Source: Zootoca vivipara (Eukaryota). From it: a stretch of 64,000 nucleotides of DNA. Shown piece after piece: positions 24,755 through 38,717 of this stretch. The notes under the pieces are model-generated. The model worked only from the letters and a program-made list of their open reading frames with translations, made no database searches and was not told where the DNA came from. How positions within the stretch are numbered: position 1 is the stretch's first letter; each line of letters starts with the position of its first letter. The position numbers were made by a program, and so were the translations under genes. Location of the stretch: assembly GCF_963506605.1 (NCBI RefSeq), contig NC_083277.1, positions 47,926,001 to 47,990,000 on the forward strand, read 5' to 3'.

Positions 24755-27163
24755 CCCTAAAAAAAGAATATAAAGCTCGGATATTCCATCAAAAGACCAA
24801 CTATAGCAAGAAATGCTGGACAGAATTAATTACTGCAGCAAAATCAAAAAACCAGTCCTTATTTTGGAGACTGGTCTCTCCCGGCTCGCATAGTGGCACA
24901 TCCCCCCTGTCCCCTTTCATTCCACCTAATCGTTGGGTCACCCATTTCCAATCCATGTATGAGGATGTCGAGTCTCCCACTGAGGACCTTAAATTGGAAG
25001 AGCTGGACAAATGGCCTGAAGTTACCGAAATTGAAGTGAAAACATATATAAATCAATTGAAAACTGCCAAAGCACCAGGCCCCAATGGCATCCTCCCTGA
25101 AATGTTAAAATCTGGACTGGTGGGCTCCTTTCTTTGCCACCCTTTTCACACATATAGACGACACTGGCCGTATCCCAAGGGACTAGGGCACAGCCATAGT
25201 GGTGCCATTTTACAAGAGGGGTAATAGAGAGGATCCATCAAACTATAGGCCGATCAGCCTACTTAGCGTGGTCAGCAAGCTGTATGCGAAGCATTTACTC
25301 CTAAAATTCCAAGAGTGGATAGAAAATGAAAACATCTTAGCTATAGAACAGGCAGGCTTCAGATCCGGCAGATCCACAACTGATCATTGCTTAACATTAC
25401 AACACCTAATAGAAAAGTACAACTCAGGGGGGCAGGCCTCACTCTACGCCGCCTTTGTGGATTTTAAAGCAGCCTTCGATACTGTCCCTAGAACAAGACT
25501 ATGGGACAGACTTCGTGCCACTACTATTGACAGAAGGCTTCTATTCCTAATAATGGCAACGCACTCAAATACGGCCCTAAGAGTCAGATGCAGTCGTCTA
25601 GGGCATCTAACAGATTCCATCAGAACCTTCAGGGGTGTCAGGCAGGGGTGCCTTTTGGCCCCCTTATTATTTAATTTCTATCTAAATAATCTGGTGGACA
25701 CACTCAACAGCCCTGACTTTCACCCCCCGAAGATTGCAAACCGGCACATTTCGGTTCTTCTATATGCCGATGATGCCATAATTCTCTCTAGAACCCCCAT
25801 AGGGCTAAGAAGAGCCTTAAGGAAACTAGCAGCCTACTGCGATATGGAACGCCTCATAATAAACTACCAGAAGACAAAGATCTTAGCCTTCGGGAAGAAA
25901 CCAAGGACCAGAAATTGGGAGCTCCAAGGTCATAAGATACAACAAGTCTCAAGTTACAAGTATTTGGGGATGGTGGTCCAATCCTCAGGATCAAACAAAA
26001 TCCATATAACATCTTCAGGGAGCGCCGGAAAAAGATCTGCAAATTCAATCCTCAACTTCTACAGATCAAAAGGAGGCTTTTACGTCCCTGCGGCCTTAAA
26101 ACTATACAGGGCCAAAACATTGTCCCAGCTCACCTATGGAATCTTCTTGGGCCCACCTTCCCCTTCCTTCATCTTACTTGAGAGAGTCCAATCAAAATTT
26201 CTCAGAGCCCTACTGCAGGTTCCCAGGTGTGTCCCAAATGCCTGGGTAAGACTAGAAACAGGGCAAATGAGGGTTGAGGCTCATATCAGACTGACCTCAA
26301 TTTATAAATGGCTGACCCTACAATCACACCCTCGAGGTCTGGCCCCTCTGATCCTTCGAGACCAATTTCAGTCCAGCTGGCAGTTTGAGGTCCAGGCCAC
26401 TCTCCAGAAACTGGGCTTCTCACCTCAAGCCCTATTGGCCATGGGCATAGACCAAGCGAAATCTGAGGTCAGACAAAGAATTGTGGACACGGAGAGACAG
26501 CTGGACAGCATGAGGTCCCCGGATTTCAATATAGTTGAAAACAAGAAATACGCCGCTGCCCCGGCAGCGTATCTCTTTTATCTTGAATCCAGAAACCCAA
26601 GAAGAGCCTTCACACTCGCCCGAAGCTCGGCATTGCCCTCGCCAGTGCTGCTAGGCTCATTCGGAAAGATCCCATATGAGCAGAGACTCTGCTCCTGCCC
26701 GTTGGGGGAAGTAGGCAGCCCTGAACATCTTTTTTTTAGATGCCCTCTGTTCGATAAGGTACGTAGAGATACCATCGCCCCCATTCTGGAGAGCCTGGCC
26801 GACCTCCCAGATAAGGCCAAACTAAAGGCCCTACTATTAGGAAAGGAGCAAAAGTTAACTCGGGTGGTAGCCAGATTCTGCACCCAGATCTGCAGGACCA
26901 GTCTTCCCCCCCAGAACAAGACAGCCATTGGAATAGTAAACGCGGGATTGGACTGTGGGAAGTAGTTCCTTCGCTCGGGCACGAAACTGAGAACTTTGAG
27001 CAGCACCAGGGGAAAGGCCAGCTGGACCCGCCTTCTGGAAACATAGCCGCTTCAAACTTATAGACTCTTATATCCACCCCGAATGACAACCCCCATAGCC
27101 CTGTAAAGCATTTTTATTTTAATAGCTGGTATACGACCGTAATAAAGCTTGATTGATTGATTG
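24755..27163 (+). mobile_element. 5'-truncated non-LTR retrotransposon, probably RTE-X clade, with a 588-codon open RT frame
   Basis: RT motifs NYRPISLL, EQAGFR, FVDFKAAFD, GVRQGCLLAP, LYADD, and a C-terminal C-x-C...H...C motif. AATAAA plus (TTGA)n tail. 12-bp TSD AACCAGATGTGC (24743-24754, 27164-27175). Frameshift near 25110 and TAG at 25184-25186. Confidence 0.9.
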
Positions 27164-27348
27164 AACCAGATGTGCTTTGAACTGAATACCCTTAAAGGAC
27201 AGCCAAGGAAGTGTCCTCCAGATGTTGTTCAACTATTGCTCCCATCAGCCTCAGTCAACATGGCCAATGGTCAGGGATTATGGGAACGGTTGTTCAACAA
27301 CATCCGCAGAGCACCACACTGGTTATCCTGCTATCTATAGTTGTTACT

Positions 27349-27698
27349 GGGACGCAGGTGGCGCTGTGGGTTAAACCACAGAGCCTAGGGCTTGCCTATC
27401 AGAAGGTTGGCGGTTCGAATCCCCAGGATGGGGTGAGCTCCCATTGCTCTGTCCCAGCTCCTGCCAACCTAGCAGTTCAAAAGCACGTCAAAGTGCAAGT
27501 AGATAAATAGGTACCGCTCTGGCAGGAAGGTAAACAGCGTTTCCGTGTGCTGCTCTTGTTCGCCAGAAGCGGCTCAGTCATGCTGGCCACATCACCTGGA
27601 AGCTGTACAGCGGCTCCCTCGACCAATAAAGCGAGATGAACGCCGCAACCCCAGAGTTGGTCATGACTGGACCTAATGGTCAGGGGTCCCTTTACCTT
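27349..27698 (+). mobile_element. Full-length Sauria SINE
   Basis: gggacgcaggtggcgctg...ccctttacctt, 13-bp TSD TATAGTTGTTACT. Confidence 0.93.
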
Positions 27699-29461
27699 TA
27701 TAGTTGTTACTAATTGAAATCTGCTCCAGTAGAATGGTTTCTCTTTAAATAAAAAAGCTAAGTGCAGACATTTGCAAAAATGTTCTGAACAATTATTGAT
27801 GAAATCCTGTGGAATGAAAGGAGTGGCTTATTTCTCGTATGACTTCATTTCTGAAGTTGCTTTTTGGATGCATGTCAAATTCAACATCTGTAGAAGTGCT
27901 GACCGTCATAACCGGCTTTATTTGTTTATAAGCCATTCTTGCTGTAAAGTGCTATAGTCTCTTGAATCTAGGAGAAGTGTTGTTTCTTTTAATGGTAAAT
28001 CTGGAGAAAAACCAAACCAAACAAAGGAACCTTATTTTGAAAGGCTATTCCTATGAAACCAAAGAAACACTCAGAAGATCTTATTGAAGTCAGTTTTCAT
28101 ATACAATGCATAAAGCTGAAAAAATAGCCGCATATGGAAACAAATATTGAGAACGGAAGGCTTGCCTTGAACCTAAGGGCTGCTCAGTAAAAACATGTAT
28201 GCATGGTGGTGTTGTTTTTAGGAGTCCGGCATGTGACAGATGCAATCTAATGCAGATCCAAAGCATACAATTTCTAACATACACCACAGGGGCCACTTCC
28301 AATTTTTTCCACTTTGGCAAAAGGGTACTTCTCCTTTGCTCTCACACTCTAGGGCCAAACTACAGTTTATAATTTTCCTGCTGGTGGTGGAAAGCAGCTG
28401 GTAGGCGGCAGAAATGAAGTTGAGAGAAGAAATGGCTGGGGAGAACGGGATTCAACAGCCTCTTCTCCTGATTTTCAGTTAAAAATATAAATTGGGAAAC
28501 TGTATCTTTGTAACATCTAGTTTGACCCTCTGAAAAGGGGTAGGAATAAATTGGTCATCATTTCCCATAATAACCTTCAAGATGTGGAATTATAATCTTC
28601 TCACTTTACTGTTTTCTGGAAGCTATGTCTTATTGCCTCTTTCCACCTTTCAGGATATGATGTGCATCTCACTTATCTTTGTCATCTCAACAATTGAATT
28701 GACTGGGTTATAGTTTACAAGCTCAGATATGAAATTTTAAAGTTTACTTTAATAAAGTCATGCATGAAAACTCTCTTGTTTTTGGCCTCGGAGCATAGAA
28801 CACCTACTGTTATAAGCTGTTAACATGAACTAGCTGTTCTAAATGTTCGGGTTTCTTTTGTCAGAGCTAATAATCTAGTATCTTGAAGTCCTGAAACATT
28901 GTGACCTGAATAGGATTCCCTCCCCCCCCACCCCGAGCTTAACAATGGGGTGCGTGGGCAGCAGAATTTTCAACCTTTTCTGCAGAAGATCTCAAAAGGC
29001 ACACTTATGTGCACATAGCTTATACACATGAATGTCAGGAAGGCCAGCAGGACACATGAAGTTGAGACTCGTTCCATTACCCTCTTTCTCCAGTCATACA
29101 TTTTATGTGTACAGAATGACTGAAGAGGGCCAAGGTGCATGGAGTAGGGGGGAAATATTAACATTATTGGTATCAAGTTGATGTTGATTTTAAACAGTTA
29201 ATCAATGTTTTAAAAAGAATTTTTCAATGTTTTCCATGCAAGTAAGAATATAAATGGCAATGGAAAGCAAAAGCTGAAAGAGAAGGATAGAAACTCTTGG
29301 ATAATGAATTTTCAGAGCATCTATTAAAGGGCTAGTTTCTCCTTTAAATGTCTGCTCTCCATCCACTCAAACTTTGAGCAGATGCAATGTTAGCAAAAGT
29401 TTGCTGGTGCTGCACATGACAACAACCACAACACTCCTAATAATTTCAGCTGTTTTCCTTC

Positions 29462-29467
<6 letters not shown>

Positions 29468-29514
<47 letters not shown>
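29468..29514. repeat. (TAT)n microsatellite
   Basis: Read directly. Another (TAT)n lies at ~47184-47223. Confidence 0.95.
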
Positions 29515-29515
<1 letters not shown>

Positions 29516-29562
29516 TCAATTAGGCACATCCATGATTTCTTATTGCATCAAGACTCATCTAC

Positions 29563-29637
29563 CTATCTGACATGGCAATTTGTTCCAACATTGCAGATCC
29601 AGTGTTTGTCTTCCAGTTTCCAGATATTGAAGTCCTC
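29563..29637 (-). CDS. SYN2: Synapsin II exon 8 (domain C)
   Basis: ccacag|G AGG ACT ... (M)[24 protein letters not shown](R)|gtagat. 75 nt, absent from the ORF track. Confidence 0.97.
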   Translation of the reverse strand, partial: EDFNIWKLEDKHWICNVGTNCHVR

Positions 29638-31109
29638 CTGTGGAGAAATATAAATATTTTAGCAAGCAGCACACCAACCTCTTTGTTCTTATCATTAGCT
29701 TATTAGTTGGTAACTTTTGGATTTTTTAAAAAAAGAAAAAGCATGCCAAGGAACTTACAAAAAGATTAAAATGAAACAAACATTATATTCAACTACTTCC
29801 CCAAATAAATGCATTTAAATTTGATGTGTACAGGAAAGAAGACACTCATGAAAATAAATGTTATTTGTGTACTGAACCAACCCATAGCTATCTTTCCTGA
29901 CTCAGATAAGTTATATTTTTTAAAAAAGAATAAAATTATGAATTTGAACTTAGCGCAGCTGAGCTAAAAGTGAGAACTTCTCTGCTGTATGCAGAATAGT
30001 AACATGGGCTTGACCCATAATTTGTGTTCTGTAACAACAATAATGTGACTTTATGCAGAGGTTTACTATTCATCATCACACTGTGAGGTCTGAATCTATA
30101 GAACAGATTATAATTTAGAACAGTGTGTTTTTCCGTATTAATACAGTACATAAATTTATGCCTTTAGTATATTGGCTTTGGAGAAAGACAAGGTAATATG
30201 AGAAAATCCAACATGAGTGCAATTTTGTTCCTACTGTGTTTGTTTCCTTTTCACCCCATGGTGTTTCCTTGAAACAGCAATGCATTTATATTCATATCCA
30301 TATGTAGGAATCTCTAAACATTTGCAGGAGTTGTGGTATTTGGATTGACCCCTACTATATCCTAGTTATCTGATAATTGGCATATAATAAGTCACCTATA
30401 ATGTGAGTTCTCTACCCACTACAACATAACACCACAGAAGATTACAACAGTAGATATTTTGATAGTAGAGTTAAAACTCTAAAATAGCTTATATTTCCTG
30501 TGGCGGCTCTTCAATATTCTGTGCTTGTGTTAAAACCACACTCACAAACGAAAACCAGCTGTGGAATATCAAGCTATTGACTAAATATATCTGAACATGT
30601 GAAGCGTAATAAAAGTTTCATGTTGATTTTGAGCCAATGGACCACGTTCATTTTCTACTCTGATTAAACTGTGAAAGTCAAAGCAAATTGTCTCTAAGGG
30701 CTCATCCTCACTGCTGCTGGCCCCATGCTTAAAAAGCACGTGTCCAAGAGGTTTTCCACATGTCTCATGCTTCCTAGGCATTTCTGATTCAGCATTAAAG
30801 ATTGGGTTTCCCTGGGATGAAGTGGAAGCGTGGACAAACCCTCAGTTTGTAACATTCTGCTAGACAACCCCCTTCCCTTGATAAATTATAACTGAAGATA
30901 ATGTACAAGTATGAAATGGAAATACTAACTACACAACAACTTCTTACAAAAATATGTTTAAATCTACCATTGTATTGGAGGCCACGGTTTGTAGAACTTG
31001 GACAATTGCTGTAGAACTTGGACAATTTTAACAGTGGGTATATTGTTTAGAAGAAAACATTATATGGTCCTAAGAACCATCAGTTTTGAATCACTACAGT
31101 ATATGGTAT

Positions 31110-31795
31110 TGTAATGGCATGTGGTGGCTACGACGCCAGGCTTCCAACTGTCTTTAAACAGTTTATTAAGTGCAAACTATGTACAGTGCTGAGCTACCAA
31201 AAACATGTCCATGTTAGTCACTCGCAGAATCCAGGAGTGCCCCTCTCTTGCTCCTCCCCCAGCATAGGAACTTGGAGACCCCCAAGCACCTCCTCCCCTC
31301 TTTGTGCTTGACCCCGCAACGTGGCTGGGGGAGAGAAAGTAATGTCTCCCTCTTGGAGCTCTCCTGGCTAAATTGGTGCCGGGGCTCCTGTCCAGCATCC
31401 CTGACCCCTCTCTCTTCTGAGCTGACCATTTCCTCTTCCTCCTCATTAGACGTCTCGCTGCTTCCTCGGCTGGAAGAGGTGGTGGAGGAAAGGAGGGGCT
31501 GGGGATCCCTGTAACCTGATCTGCCTTCCCTCTCCTCCGGTGGACCCCCTGGGAGTTCCCTGACAGGTATTATTGGCTCTTGATCCATTTCTGAGCACAA
31601 CTGAAAGTGTTGGTATTAACCTTAAAAATCCCACACAGCTTAGACATTGGCAGCTAAAGGGCAACCCACGTGAGTTCTTCTGATCTTTTGAGAGCATCTT
31701 CAGAGGTCCTTCTATACGTACCCTTGCGTTTTGAGGAGAGGTCAGTTGCACCCAATCCCTGGAACGTTTCCAAGAAAATGGCAATGACTGTTACG
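31110..31795 (-). mobile_element. Possible solo LTR
   Basis: GC-richer block bounded by TGTAA... and ...TTACG (inverted ends, CA to CG change). No TSD found. Confidence 0.35.
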
Positions 31796-33639
31796 TCTTT
31801 TATTGCTATTCTTGTTATTAACCTGGACTGAATCTCCCTACTTCACTTGCAACTCACACAAGATCCCAAAGCTACATTTACACAAGCCATACTGGCCTGT
31901 TTTGTGTATCATGATAAACCAAATGATTGCCGTATGCCATAAGCCCAGGCTCTGTGCAAGCGAATCACAGCCACTTTGCTCCTTTGTGTACTGAGGTAAG
32001 CCAGGTTTTGGCTTAAGTGTGTCATCCGAGACCAGGCTTATGGTTTAACTCTCCAGAGTAACCTTGAGCTCTACAAAAGTTTGTGCTCTTGTTTACGTAT
32101 TGTAGTTTGTTCAGGAGATCTAAACCATGGCTCCAGGTTCAGATGGCATGCTAAGTCAAAGCATGTCTATGCAGTGCAGCAGCAGACTGACCAGAGAGGG
32201 ACAAAGTAGCCATGCTCTCCTTTACAGGAGCTTGCATGTCCACAGCAAGCCATGGTCTGGCTTACTGTGGCATGAGAACTGGACAACTGTGTTCCACATT
32301 TGCTGCATAATTTTAAAAGGATAAGGCATGGAGGTCGATATAATTAAAATTTAGCAGCAGGGCTGTAGATTTCCAGGGCACTTATTAGTGGCGGAGAAAT
32401 TCTTATCAACGTTCTTAATGCTTTTGTACCCAGCTACTCTTACAAGGATCCATAGCTAGGAAATTCTTCTCTTCCCACGGCTTCCTGCTTGCTCATCTTT
32501 GTGTTTGGACAGGACGAGTGAGCTCCTTCCTCCCTATTTCAACCAAACATTCTAAAACATGTTGCAAAAATAACAGAAAATAACATGGATGTCTAAAATG
32601 ATCACTATGAATGGGAGTGGTATCGAAAAGTGAGACGAACAGCTTTTACAGATGTGCATCAAAGCTGCGCAACAGAAGGATGAGGGGAGTCAAATGCAGC
32701 TGGGCTAACAGACATGACATAAACATTCAACACACTTAGGAACTTGCTGAAATGAAAACAAGGAATAAAACAGAAATGGGAAACAAACTGAATTATGTAC
32801 TCATTGCAGCTAAGACAATGAATGCAATAAAAACGTTGAGAACTGAATTGACTGCCTGCGCTAAACAGACCGTGGAAATAGAGCATGTGATTTATTCCAC
32901 AACGTGTTACTATAATAATAGAAAGAGACTGCAAAGCGTGGAATGGAATGAAATGGTACGGTCCAAATGGAATGACAGTAATGGGTACACACTCCAGATC
33001 GTTTAATGTAGATTAGTTACTCCTTCAGTATCCTTTAACAACTCTCTCAAGGTCTATATACAATAAAGACCTTGTTCCAAAGTTCACAGGAAACATAATC
33101 TTTATGATGCTGCTTCATTTTCAATTATACTGCTACAGGAAGCAGGCACATCTAAACATACACATTAGCCTTGTAGCCCCTGCCTTGCCATATAACTTCT
33201 CGGGGGCAGCAGGGAGGTTCCAATTTATCATGCAGTTCACTGCATCTACAGGAGTTTTGCAGACAAGGAAATTACCCTAATCCCAGTCACCGGCAGGGAG
33301 GAGAACCTGCTGGATCCCAGCATAAGATTTCCTGGGCAGAAAAGCCAATTTGGGCAAAATTCAGCAACAAACCTAAATGAGACATCTTCCGGGTTTGACC
33401 CAACTATGGCAGTGACTGTGGCCCCTCCGGATGTTGTTGGACTTAAAACTCCATTAGCCTCAGTTCCATGGTCAATGGTCAATGATGTGGGGAGCTGTAG
33501 TCCAGAAACATCTCAAGAACCACAGGTTTCTCATGGATCAATTTTTGTATCTATATTCTCTCACAATAAGAAGATTTCTGAAGGAAGGTTTTCTGAAAAT
33601 CTGAGTTTTTACAAGAAAAGCATGGTGTTTAGTAAATGA

Positions 33640-33889
33640 ATCTGTCAATCTGTTTTGCGAAAAATTCGTCTTGCGAATCGCGGTTTCCCATAGGAATGCA
33701 TTGAAATTTCTTTTTTTGCCCATAGGAACGCATTAATTAAATTTCAATGCATTCCTATGGGAAACCACGATTTGCAAGATGATTTTTTCGCAAAACGAAT
33801 TCGTCTTGCGAGTCACCATCAGATCGCAAGACGCATTCGTCTTGCGAAAAATTCGTCTTGCAGGGCATTCGTCTTGCGAGGTACCACTG
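33640..33889. mobile_element. Tigger-like MITE fragment
   Basis: Right TIR GAGGTACCACTG|TA, internal ATTCGTCTTGCG repeats and an inverted CCCATAGGAATGCATTGAAATT pair. Confidence 0.75.
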
Positions 33890-36311
33890 TACTGGAATAT
33901 CTGCATCCATTCTTGGCTACAAGATGGCCTGCCCCACTCCCTTGTCTCAGAAGATCTCCTCAATGGGAGCTTCTGTTGGCAACTGGCAACAGCCAGCTAG
34001 GGAAGATTCGCCTTTCTCGAGAGCTGAGCAAGATCCTGTTAACTGGCATCATTCTTGCCTTGTTGGTCCTGAGTGGGCTCTGCCCTCTGTTAGGCAGTGG
34101 TCAAAGTGTGACACCATGGAAGACACCAAGATGAGAGTAGGAATGCTGCCTGAATAAACTGGCACTATATCAACGTCAGGTTATTTCTGTTCCTGAAACT
34201 ATTCCTGAATGTACCGTATATAGTATTGTGAGACTCTTTTGCAAGCCATTCTGACAGCTTCTTGGGGCTGGGAAAAGGGACATAATATTCTAAATAATTC
34301 AGCAGCTACCTAAATTTAACTAAAGCTTAAAGGTTAAATAAAGGTGTTTTTCCCTCCCTGATTGGCCCTGGCTTCTTCCTGAAGAGGACCTAACCTTTTG
34401 CTGCCTGCTCTACTCTTATGCAGACCCTGGCCAACAAATGTACAGCATCCCCCCACTTACATACGGGCAACATTCCAGAACCTCCACACATAAGTGAAAT
34501 TGTGTCTGGCCTGTCCCGAGCTTCCCTGCTTCCCTGAAGGGAGCCAGTGCATCTGATGGTAGCAGCTGGCCATGGAGGGTGAGGGTTGAGAAGCGCGCCC
34601 AGCGGAACCAGTGCCAGATGGGGTGTGTGGATGCACAGTGGAGGTGGGGGAAGGCACCTCCCGCCCGGCTGGTTAGCTGAAAGCCGCCGTTCCTCATGAG
34701 GGAAGCATCCCCGAGCGAGGGAAGACCAGTCCATTTATTTATTTATTTCACGATGACCTGTGTAAACGTGGTTGCACAAAAATGGGATGTTCATAAGTGG
34801 GGGTGGGGTACCTATATTGTGACACCTAAAAGACTAATGAGGGGCTCATCTTCCAGCGTCATAACTTTTATATGCCTCTTGTCTTTGTCCATGGAGTTTT
34901 CTTGGCAAAATACTGGAGTGGTTTGCCAAACAACAACAAAAAGACTAATGATATTTGTCACGGCGTTGTCACATAACATGCAACCCTTACATTACCCTTT
35001 TTAAACATGCATATATATGACAACTGAGAATCACATATCATGCCTCTGATGAAATGGGCTTTCATCATGCCCTAATAAAATCTGTTAGCCTTTAAAGTGC
35101 CACTAGAGCCCCTGTTTCCTTTCACCCTGAGCATTATTTTTTATGATTATTTAATAATGCATATACCATCTAGTGCCCAAATAGGTTTCCAAACATTCTA
35201 CAAGTATATAAACCAGTTACGTGAGCATTAAAATACAAGCAACCATAATTAAAATACCCAATAAAACAATCCCATTAAAACACACAGTAATGAAAGCTGG
35301 AGACTTGGGTCGAGAGATCAAGGGAATGCCTGTGTAAACAGGTGTGCCATCAAAAGCCAGAAGAATGCCAATGAGGACAGCCCTTCTCCTATTACAGCAG
35401 GGAGTGCATTCCATAACATCAGTGCCATCAGTGGAAAAACCCACCTTTGTGTCATCACAAGCCAACAACAACCAGGCACTTATTGGTAGGTATTCAGTGC
35501 TTCGAAATTGCTTCTATACTGGCTAAAGACAAAAATAAGAACTATGGACTGAATTTATGAGTTATGTTTCCTAAATCACTTGGCAGTGGGTCATTTTGTA
35601 ATAAATATATTATGTAACATCACCTTACACAAAGTAGAGAATTAGACACATTGCCTTTGGATTAACAAGGAGTTCTGCATAGTCTTGCAGAGTTTTTCAT
35701 CAACGGCCTGGTTGTCAATCTAACTTCTTACATATTTGGTTTTTCTTCAAAGGCCTTATGGCAAGCAGTTTGAAAAGTGTGCATTTTAATTTTCAGAACA
35801 GATAACTGTTCTGGGTAACCTTTCAATGTGATTCATAGATAATAATTTGCTTGTCTGTTAAGGAAAAAAATATTGAAAAGAGAGTTGTTTTTCCCCCACC
35901 CACCTTTAGGATTTTGTGGTTATTTTGAAATATGGAAAATGACTCTAGGGCAATTTCCAGTGGATGTTTCTTCAAGCGATCCCTGTCTTTTTAAATTGCA
36001 GAATCTGTCTGTTTTGTTTTTTATGTTCAGGAATTATATAAAGTTTTGATTGCATTCTACTGCACGTCACTTTAAAAGATGAATTATTCTAATCTGTTCA
36101 CTGAATTTCTTAATATCCTTTTTTTAAAAAATCCCCATTATTTTACTCACTGATTCACAGTATTACTGATGCACTGTAGATTCCACATTAGGATAATGGT
36201 GAACTTTCATGCAAGGCCATAAAGTCTGGTTGTTACCTGCTTTGCAGCTGATGGAACTGAAAATGACAAACAAACAAACAAACAAACAAACAAACCAGAA
36301 TGTTTGCTCAC

Positions 36312-36454
36312 ATGTATGCTTTGTAGTTGTTGCCTATCTTTTGGATCCTGATGTCATATTTGGAGTCTATGTAGGGTTCAGTGGTGGCATAGGTCTGAGT
36401 GAGTGCTACGACACTGGCTATATCCTGAAAATCATAGTGGTTGTCTACCTTGAC
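36312..36454 (-). CDS. SYN2: Synapsin II exon 7 (domain C)
   Basis: aacag|[47 protein letters not shown](M)|gtgagc. 143 nt. Confidence 0.97.
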
Positions 36455-38717
36455 CTGTTATTAGCCATAGATTTATAGCACAGGGAGACAAAAAAGAATA
36501 AGATTAGAACTGTTAGGTTTACTTATAAATGAAATTCTACTTCTTGAACTTACTTAACAAGTTTATACTGTATTATTTTTTTGCTAAACATTTCCCCTTA
36601 TACTTAGCGAAATCTAACATGCAAATGTACAAAACATATCCAAATTCAGTCCCCACCCCCCATATTTATTCCCAGGACAGGAAATGATGTTTGGAAAATG
36701 CCCAGATTTCAGTGGATTCCTTGAAATCAGTTCTGTATATTGCTGTTCATTGTCACCCACTCAACTCCAACCTTAAATTGGTGTCCCTGCAAAGCAAGCA
36801 TCTTTATATGAGGGGCAACCGCACTTCTATACAACAAGGAAATAAGTTGAGACAGAGAATGACATCATTGAACACCCCTACTTATTATGGATTTATTCAT
36901 CTATATAAATATCTACAACACATTTCCCCTCTAATATGTCTTTATGCAGACAATTAATTTCTAGCAATGCTTTATTGTAAAACTGACCCAGCAGTATCAA
37001 TGAAGGGTATAGAAGCACATGTTTACAGACAATCTGAAAATACAATAAAGAATTGGGACCTCTCTGTAAGGAAACAAGTGGTGGTATTTAGGACAGATAG
37101 CAATGTTTCAAATTCAAGAATAAATAAAATATTTTAAAAAACAGAGGAATGGTATAAAAGTAGATTTATAGAATTATATTATCTTTTTACATATATATTT
37201 TACATATAAAATTTTGCATATAAAATATTGACTTCTCCAGCTTACTTTCCCTTCAACAATAGAATACAATGAAGTCTTTCACTATGCACTTTAGTGGATC
37301 TCAGCATAGGGGAAGATGAGATTTCAAATTCTTTTGTGGAAGATGTTTGGATATAGACTTAAAAACGGAACAAAAGCAAATGTAAAATGCTTGTTCTCTA
37401 AATGTTAAAAGGTTAGGTTTAGAAGGATGTTTAATCAGTATAGTACGCTATTAGTTCATCAGAGTATATTCTAATCCAATTAAGTGAGAGAGCTTGGATT
37501 TCACTAAATCATTTAGCTTCTCTTCAAAAGGTTCAATAGACTAGTGCCAAGATCTTTTGTCACTTGTGATGCTACCTCCCATAGTAAATACTTCACTCTG
37601 AAGGATGTGTACATATTTGATTGAAGAAGTTGGCCTTTAGAATGGAAAATGCTGAGTAGATAGTGAATGCCAGATGTAAAAATATGATACTGAAAAGACA
37701 GGCTCTGTGGGAGTAGGCATCTAATAAAATGAAGAGAGTAGTTCATGTACTAGTTTTAGGGCTTATAATACTAAAATGATAGATTTTTACAAAATCAGAA
37801 ACTTCTCCATCTTTGATTAAAACCTGAGCCAAAGAAGAATTCTTGTCCAAGTCCTTTATCACCCACCCACTTCAATCCCAAATACCCACCTTTCTTTTCC
37901 TTTAAACCACCTGAAGAGTATGTCTAGCAGCAGCAAACAGCTGGGGGGGGGGGAGAAAGTTAGAAAATCTGTCCCTCCCTCCTGTCTTTGGCATCTGCTA
38001 TGTTGCTTCAGTGGCCTCATCCCCTGGGAATTTAGTTTTTCAAAGGCTACTACAATATCTGTAGGCTGTGTGGGAGTGGGTAACTAATAAAATGAAGAGA
38101 GTAGCTCATGTACTAGTTTTAGGGCATATCTAGGGACCTATCTAGGGACCTTGTGTCCTCTTACCAGAGAAGGGATGCAGCACGTCCCCCTTTTCCTCTT
38201 CCTGAATCTGTTTGGTGCTGCAAGACTTCCAGCCAGGTAAGTGGGGTTTAAATGGAAGGACACAGGAGGTGAAGGACTAGGGAAACGGGATGGAAGATGT
38301 AGTGATTGAATGGATGGGAGGGTGTAAGTCCAGTTCATTATAGAACTATTAAAAGGTTAAATAATATAAAACAGAGGACAAATATCACGGGTGCACAGTA
38401 TTTCTGGCAGAGGTAATTTGTCAATTTTTAGTTAAGAACAGTTCTAACTCTTTGAAGCATCTTTCAATTTGAAAAGCACCGACTTTTACAAGAGGATTAT
38501 ATGCTCAGGGGATTTATGCATATGCATAAAATTAAGCAAATACATACGGATGGACTTCTAAGCATGTGCCTCAAAATGGATTTGCATAATTACTGCCCTG
38601 AAGTTTTAGCTGCTTCCATTATAGACTTTGGTGCCTGCAGTGTTTACCTAGCAATTTTTTTTAAAAAAAAAAGTAGTTCCACCATTTCCCCTCAAGATAG
38701 ATAAATAGCACCTGCAC

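Noticed and set aside
30990-31030. Short tandem duplications (also ~39835-39880, 43780-43810, 47360-47385, 700-744)
   Set aside because: Ordinary slippage duplications with no sign of function.
31177-31784. Acidic/Ser-rich ORFs (128 aa and others)
   Set aside because: Lie in a GA-rich probable LTR remnant, with no splice structure or recognisable homology.
33655-33880. Regularly recurring ATTCGTCTTGCG units resembling a CRISPR array
   Set aside because: Subterminal repeats of a Tigger-like MITE in a vertebrate genome, with irregular short spacers and no cas genes.
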